From positions 496,001-536,042 of the forward strand of contig QPGO01000045.1 of NCBI GenBank assembly GCA_008632985.1: DNA of 40,042 nt, given 5' to 3'. Source of the DNA: Psammoneis japonica (Eukaryota). Position numbers and translations under genes: made by a program. Numbering within the stretch: position 1 is the stretch's first letter; every line of letters starts with the position of its first letter. Below are positions 34,500 to 40,042 of this stretch, piece after piece. The notes under the pieces are model-generated. The model worked only from the letters and a program-made list of their open reading frames with translations, had not been told where the DNA came from and did no database searches.

Positions 34500-36200
34500 A
34501 GCAGCGTCCCATCATGCGTNGCGAGCGTGTGGCACCCAGCCAAGGGCCTTGGTGAGGTCATCGCTGGGGTTGACAATGCCAGGAACATGTCTTGTGACAA
34601 TCTTGCCCGCTTCCTTCCATTCTTGGATCGCAAAAAACTGAATCTCAATGTGACGGGATCGCTCAGTCGGGATCGAGTGATTGATGATCTTGATCGCCGA
34701 TTCGTTGTCAATGTGTGCGGGGTTGGCTCCGTCTGAGGGAAGCCCAGGTCTTGTAGAACGTGACGAAGGTGCAGGACATGCTTGGCAGCAGTTCCAGCAG
34801 CACAAAATTCAGCTTCCGTAGAGCTCGCAGCGGTCACCGATTGGGTCTTGCACCGAAAAGACACAGCAGCGCCAGCCAACATGCAAGCATGGCCAGTCGT
34901 AGAACGATGGTTGCGGAGGTCATTGCCACAAGCAGCATCCAAGAAAGCAACGAGTTGATGATCACATGCAGGACAAGGGAACGATGGCAAGGTCGGGTCC
35001 GGAGTGAGACGTTCGAAGGGGCAGGCGGGCAGTTTGGAGTCTCGGGCAGGCTTCCTGCAGTTCAATTCCCAATGTTTGGTGCGTCGAAGGTGCTTGCACA
35101 TTCCTTTGAGCACGTCACAGTGAACCACAGCAGGACAGGTCGAGAACTTGGATGGAGTGGTGACAGCATGCCCAATGTCCAGTCGACAGACAACGCACGC
35201 ACACAACAATTCGCCAAGAAGAGTTCGGCAGCCGAAACCAGCAGCTTGTTGTGGTTCCGCATGCTCCGGGGTTCCTTCAGCTGGGCCAATGGCACCACAC
35301 AGTTTGCGAAAAGAGTCAACAGGTGGTGGCGCAGCCTTGCAGTCGTCGTCAAGTTCCTCGTCCGTCAGTGTCGACCAACCATGCTGGGCACAAACCCGAT
35401 CCATGTGGCTGTGAACAGCAACACCAATGGAGTCATTGCATTGATGAACATCTGCGCCATTGAATTCGTCAATCATGCCAAGACACTTGAACGGCGGAGA
35501 GGTCTCCGATTCCAATTGGAGAGCTTTGCCAATCTTGTCACAGATCTTGATCGCAATGGACTCTTCAGGACAAGCGAGAGAGAAATCATCAACCTGACGG
35601 AGGAGCAAGATCTTGTGTCCTTCAAAAGCAGCAGAGTGGGCACATTTGTCATGAGCAGTGTTGTGAAAAAGCTGGTTCACATCNAGATGAAATGCCGTTG
35701 ATGTGCGTCTCCCAGAGCACGCCGGCTTCTGGGTGTCCTTGAAGTGCATGTTGCATCGGGAGCACCGTGCTCCTGTCCAAGTCAATGCCAAACCGAGCCT
35801 TGTGCCAGGTTGCGCATGCCTCGTCTGTGGCAACACACACGGGGTGTGACGGTCGTGGAGAGTGTGCACAGACATCACGAGCATCCCCACCAAAGACAGG
35901 ATAGCTCATGGTCGCAGCAAGGGCAAAAAACATGCGTTGGATGGGCTGCTCAACACAGGATGAGTGCGTCGAGTAGAGTCAATGTAGCATCAACGCAGCA
36001 TGGGGAGATCCATCACAGCACTGTCGAGAGCGCCGTGTGCCATCATGCTTGAGGTCATGTTGCCAATGTGGACAAAGTGCGACAGCATCCTTGGGTCATT
36101 TAATCGGTGCACCAAACATCCCCAACTCATGGAACTGGTCAAGTTGTTTGAATTCACCTGCACGCCATTCAGGCCACGTGTCCAACTTCTTGAGGCAGTG
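34500..36200 (-). pseudogene. Copia reverse transcriptase and RNase H
   Basis: ALQGHPEAG.LWE, LLRQVDDF, GF.[Y]RTLLGELL[Y], DAA[Y]GND, SSTEAEF, DNESA and NPSDDLTKALG. Confidence 0.92.
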
Positions 36201-37900
36201 GCGGGTGAAAGCACCTGAGGCTTGTTCCTCTGGAGTGACAGCGTGAGATGAGACAGCACAGATGTTGACCACACCATTGTCACAATCAACAAAGAACGGC
36301 GGAGGGACATCGTCATCGTCCGTTTCGGAGAAATCAATGTCGGGGTGGCGGATGGCAGCAACAGCACGTGTGTCGGCGTTGGTGATTTCCGGAACATGCT
36401 CATCATCAGGATCAGGACTCGGTGCACATGTGTTGTGTTCCATCAGAGCACGTTGCAGGGCTTGAGAGTCCAGGCGACGTTCCGGCGCGAATTCAATTTC
36501 AAAATGAGTCTTGCCAGAATCACAGACTTGCTGAAAACGTTTGACAGCCTCCTCTGCCGTGAACACAGGATGATCGTCGATCGACACGACACACGCACCC
36601 TTGATCTTGTTGCGGGTGGCCTTCAAAGAAGAGAAAAGACGCGCAGCAGGAGAACCACGCTTGATGTCAGAGACAAATGCTCGCCGATGGAGATCGTCCG
36701 TAGCCAAGGAAAGTCCAAACGTGGGATCAGCAAATGGTCCCTTCATCATGCGCTCAATGGTCTTGGCAAAAGGATTCCCATGAAAGTGGAGCTCATCCAT
36801 CGTGGTTTCTTCAGTCTCGGCAGGCAAAGCCTTGCCATCTTGAGTGCGTTCCAAGTGAACCACATTCGGCGGAAGAGAGTCGTGGGGAAGATCATTCATG
36901 CCCTCATCGCAGCGAATGTGCTTGGCAAGCTTGACACGCGATGTCTCAGTGTCACACCAAAGAATGTTCTTGGCAGTGTCCGGAAGACAGCCTAAGAACA
37001 TTCCCTTGCGAGAGACAGACCGAAATTTTGCTGGGCGGTGATTCGACGCACGCACCCACACTTGACAACCAAATGCACGAAAGTTCTTGAAATCATCCTT
37101 CCGACCAGTGGCGAGAGCAATCGGAGCAGCAGGTTGTCCGCGGGATGGCACAGCGTTGTTGATTCGAATGAAATGATGAAAAGCACAGGGCCAGAATTTG
37201 ATGGGCAAATCGGCACCGATTGGCATCGCCCGGATGGCATTGGCAACAGACAAATGACTGCGTTCCACTGGGCCACTCTGATTTGAAGCATCTTTTCCCG
37301 CAGGACGAATTGCACAATGAAAGTCATCCTCGAAGAGTTGCCGAACTTCTGGGTTCTGATGTTCACCTCCTTGATCCATGAATGCATGTTTGTCTGGACA
37401 TTTTGGTGAGTGCTCTTCCAGAAAGTGGCGAATCCAATTCAAAGGGGTTGCCTTGGAGACACGAGTCGCACCATGGAGACGCTTCGTTTTATGATCATAA
37501 ACAGCAATCCAACAAGTCTCGCCATTCAATCCAACACAGTCCTTGGTGCGCTCCGAGTTCTTGGAGCGCAGGCCAGAGAAGGAAAAATCAATCGCAAGGC
37601 CTTGGTGGTTGGCAGCAGAGAGTGTTCGGACCGGCAGGTTCCTTCGTCTGCTTTTGTGTGCATGTGGGACAAGTGTCGAGAGGAGAAGTTCCGTGGGCAA
37701 ACTTGGGGACGCCATCAACATGTTCATGGGCATGACAAAGGCAGTGATCACTCGGATGACCAAGTCGCTGATGCCACAAAAGACGTTCCGTGTCGGCCTT
37801 GAGAGACTGGACAGGAATGTTCTTCTCAGCATGCTTCTCGAAAGGAATGTCTTGACAGACACGGGGGATCAACTTGCGTTCATCACGAAGAGCTTCATGT
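36200..37900 (-). pseudogene. Copia pre-integrase, integrase and PDZ-like linker
   Basis: LLWHQRLGH..CPTC, IDFSFSG, MDQGGE, NQSGPVER, FWP[Y]AF, FGCQVWVR and GMFLG[Y]. Confidence 0.9.
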
Positions 37901-38052
37901 TGGTGGGTGCGACAAGTCTCAATCACACGCAGAGACCGCTTCACACTCATCGGCAAAAGAAGGATCAGCAGTCTTGAGGCGCTCGACAGATGCATCCAGT
38001 TCGTCGTTAGATTCCGGGAGAATGAGAGGGTGAGCAAAACATTTTCCATTGA

Positions 38053-39687
38053 TCAATTTTCCATGAATGACAACATCCTGACTCTTGCGCAATCGGTGTC
38101 GTGCAACAAACTTGCAGGTGCCGAGATCATGGAACTTGAGATGCAATCGACATTGCAATCTGCGCGACGAGAACCATTTTGACGAAGGAGGAGTCGCTCA
38201 TCGACCAACGTAGATTGGATCTGTGGGTGGCAGCATGCACGGACCTCAACACAGCCATCAGAGTTCTCTGCAGGGATGCGAAGACAGCCGAATCCAACTG
38301 GGACAGCTTGGTGGCCAAGGGCCGGGTTGACGGCAAGGGGACAGGGATGGGACGGAGTGAAGTCTTGGCAGCGATGGAGGAGGTCACGGTCGCCTGCACA
38401 CGCAATGTCGGCACCTGCATCCAACTGAGCACAATGTTCATTCGGAGCAAAGTTTTCCCCATTGACAGAACAAGTGGATCGCAGCAGTTCCGGCTCAGGT
38501 GAGTGATTCGCCTGGCATGGATTGATCGGAGCAACACGAACAGAATTGATGGCAGCAAAACCGTCTTCAACAGCCATGTCATCACAGGTGAGATCAACAC
38601 ATTCCTCAAAAACCGGTGTTTCTGGGTCTTCCCTGCCCTGTTCCAAAGGATCCGGAACATGAGCAGCATCGACGGAGGCTTCTTGAGGAGCAGGGTCATC
38701 ATCGGGCAGCGTGTCAGTGTCAAATTATGTGGCAACCTGAATCAAAGGCATGACGTTGGAGATTTTGGTGCCATGCTCGCATCCCAGGGGGGAGAGTCGT
38801 CATGACATGCAGGAGGTTCTCTGAACAGCATTTTCTGATCAGGAGTCGAGCTCATGATGAAAAGGGCACCATCGTTGAGGATGACACGATCGGATGCATC
38901 AACACAGTGATGGAATCCATGGTCGCAAGGGACGAGAGAGCTCTGAAGAGCAACTTTTTCATCTTCTTTGCGGTCGTAGCGTGCAGGAACGTCTGCAGGA
39001 AGTGTGCTTGGATTGAAGAGGCATTTTGATGTTGCGGAAGATGCAGTGCTTCCAGATGTCTTAGCAGAAGCTGTAGAAGCGGAGCATGGCTCGACGCGCA
39101 TGCATTGGGTGCAGTTGCCAAGTCAGTCACAGTCAATGTAGCAGGTCCTGTGGGTTTCTGAGAAGAAGACGGAGGCTGCTGTTTCTTCTGGCAGGGCGCA
39201 AGAGAGAACTCGTTCCAACTGCAACAGTTCCATGTCATGTCCAGATCAACATGCATGTGTTGGGTAGACACGACAATGAACAGAGATTGTCCACCGTTCT
39301 GAAGATTCGTCTTGATCATCTTTGACAAGATTGGAGTCGTCAGGCAGACTGGACGAGCCTTTGAGGGTCAAGAAGTCTGAACGGGGCTTGATCCACAATC
39401 GTCTTGATTGATTCTATGTCCGTGGGATCAGCTGTGTAAGGTGGAAACGCTTCATGGATGAAACAATCGCAAAGCATGTCCGCAAAATCGTTCTTGGGTT
39501 GCGCACGCTCTGGATCGTCAAAAAATCGATCGAGATCAGTCATGGAGTCTGCACAAACCGCACTCAGGCACTGATGTAGATGTGGTGTCGTTGCATGTGC
39601 CTCAAATTCACAGTGGATCTCTGCAATTGACGCAGGAGTGACTTTTGCAAGGTCGGGAGACGCCATGGTTTTAGTGGTTGGAGCCAT
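38053..39687 (-). pseudogene. Copia gag and protease, fragmented
   Basis: Protease-like AQLDAGA..GDRDLLH..G.G.LRIP motif. Upstream fragmented ORFs from MAPTTK are assigned to gag by position. Confidence 0.7.
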
Positions 39688-39847
39688 TTTTGGTCATGCA
39701 CGCACAGAAATCTGGTGTGTTTCTACAGTCGTGAAAAATGCCGGGAAAGCGAAACAAAAAGTTGTCGGATCAGACAATGAGGCTCGCTCGATCGGCTCAC
39801 AAAACAAATGAACCGAGATAGAAAGCTTGGCGCAGAAGTCTGTGGCA

Positions 39848-40042
39848 GACGCGTTCCAGCTCTGGGTGGGACCTCACACCACTGAACTGTGACACAATTG
39901 TTTTTTGTCATCCGTCACATGTTTTGCACTTGCATTTCTACGTGTTCCATTGTAAAAATTTGTTCCACACTGCCTGTTTTGCGAAGCCAAAGGCTCTCTG
40001 TTGTCCACATTCATGACAACAAAAATGTGCTGGGTGTGTTCT
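39848..40042 (-). mobile_element. MITE family A, copy 7 (cut by the window end), in the Copia leader
   Basis: GACGCGTTCCAGCTCTGGGTGGGACCTCACACCACTGAACTGTGAC matches the reverse complement of the right end of copy 1. Confidence 0.9.

Larger units (their letters stand above)
34089..39847 (-). mobile_element. Ty1/Copia LTR retrotransposon (CoDi-like), inactivated; 5' LTR not seen in the window
   Basis: Domain order gag-PR-IN-RT-RH. Polypurine tract GATCAGGGGAGGG (34318-34330) is followed by TGTCAGC. Confidence 0.92.

Noticed and set aside
1..40042. Dense overlapping ORFs in all six frames, suggesting overlapping or antisense genes
   Set aside because: This is expected once TAA and TAG are lost through TpA depletion. 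The extra ORFs are Cys/His-rich and have no recognisable motifs.
1..40042. Alternative genetic code or real Tyr-free proteins
   Set aside because: Tyr is replaced by both Cys and His, non-coding DNA is equally TA-poor, and the ORFs carry frameshifts and stops.

Overview
Repeat-rich eukaryotic DNA, very probably diatom heterochromatin (CoDi-like Copia, short spliceosomal introns), with two assembly gaps and no intact gene. It holds a full-length Ty3/Gypsy element (7051-12249; 431-bp LTRs, AAAC target-site duplication, TSD), a nearly full Ty1/Copia element (~34089-39847) and two degenerate Plavaka-like transposase genes. It also holds seven copies of a ~396-bp MITE with 4-bp TSDs, a tRNA-headed SINE-like family, pseudogenes of a JmjC-like dioxygenase and a RusA-like resolvase, a ~1,400-codon unknown ORF split by insertions, and several tandem repeats. 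The dominant signal is near-total loss of TpA, converted to TpG or CpA. Conserved Tyr codons read Cys or His, TAA/TAG stops are rare, a GTAAGT splice donor reads GCAAGT, and the two LTRs of one element differ reciprocally CA versus TG. This points to post-insertion, both-strand, context-specific (TA, apparently TAY) A:T>G:C hypermutation of repeats, analogous to fungal RIP but with opposite chemistry. All family calls come from motif recognition by eye; no searches or counts were run.
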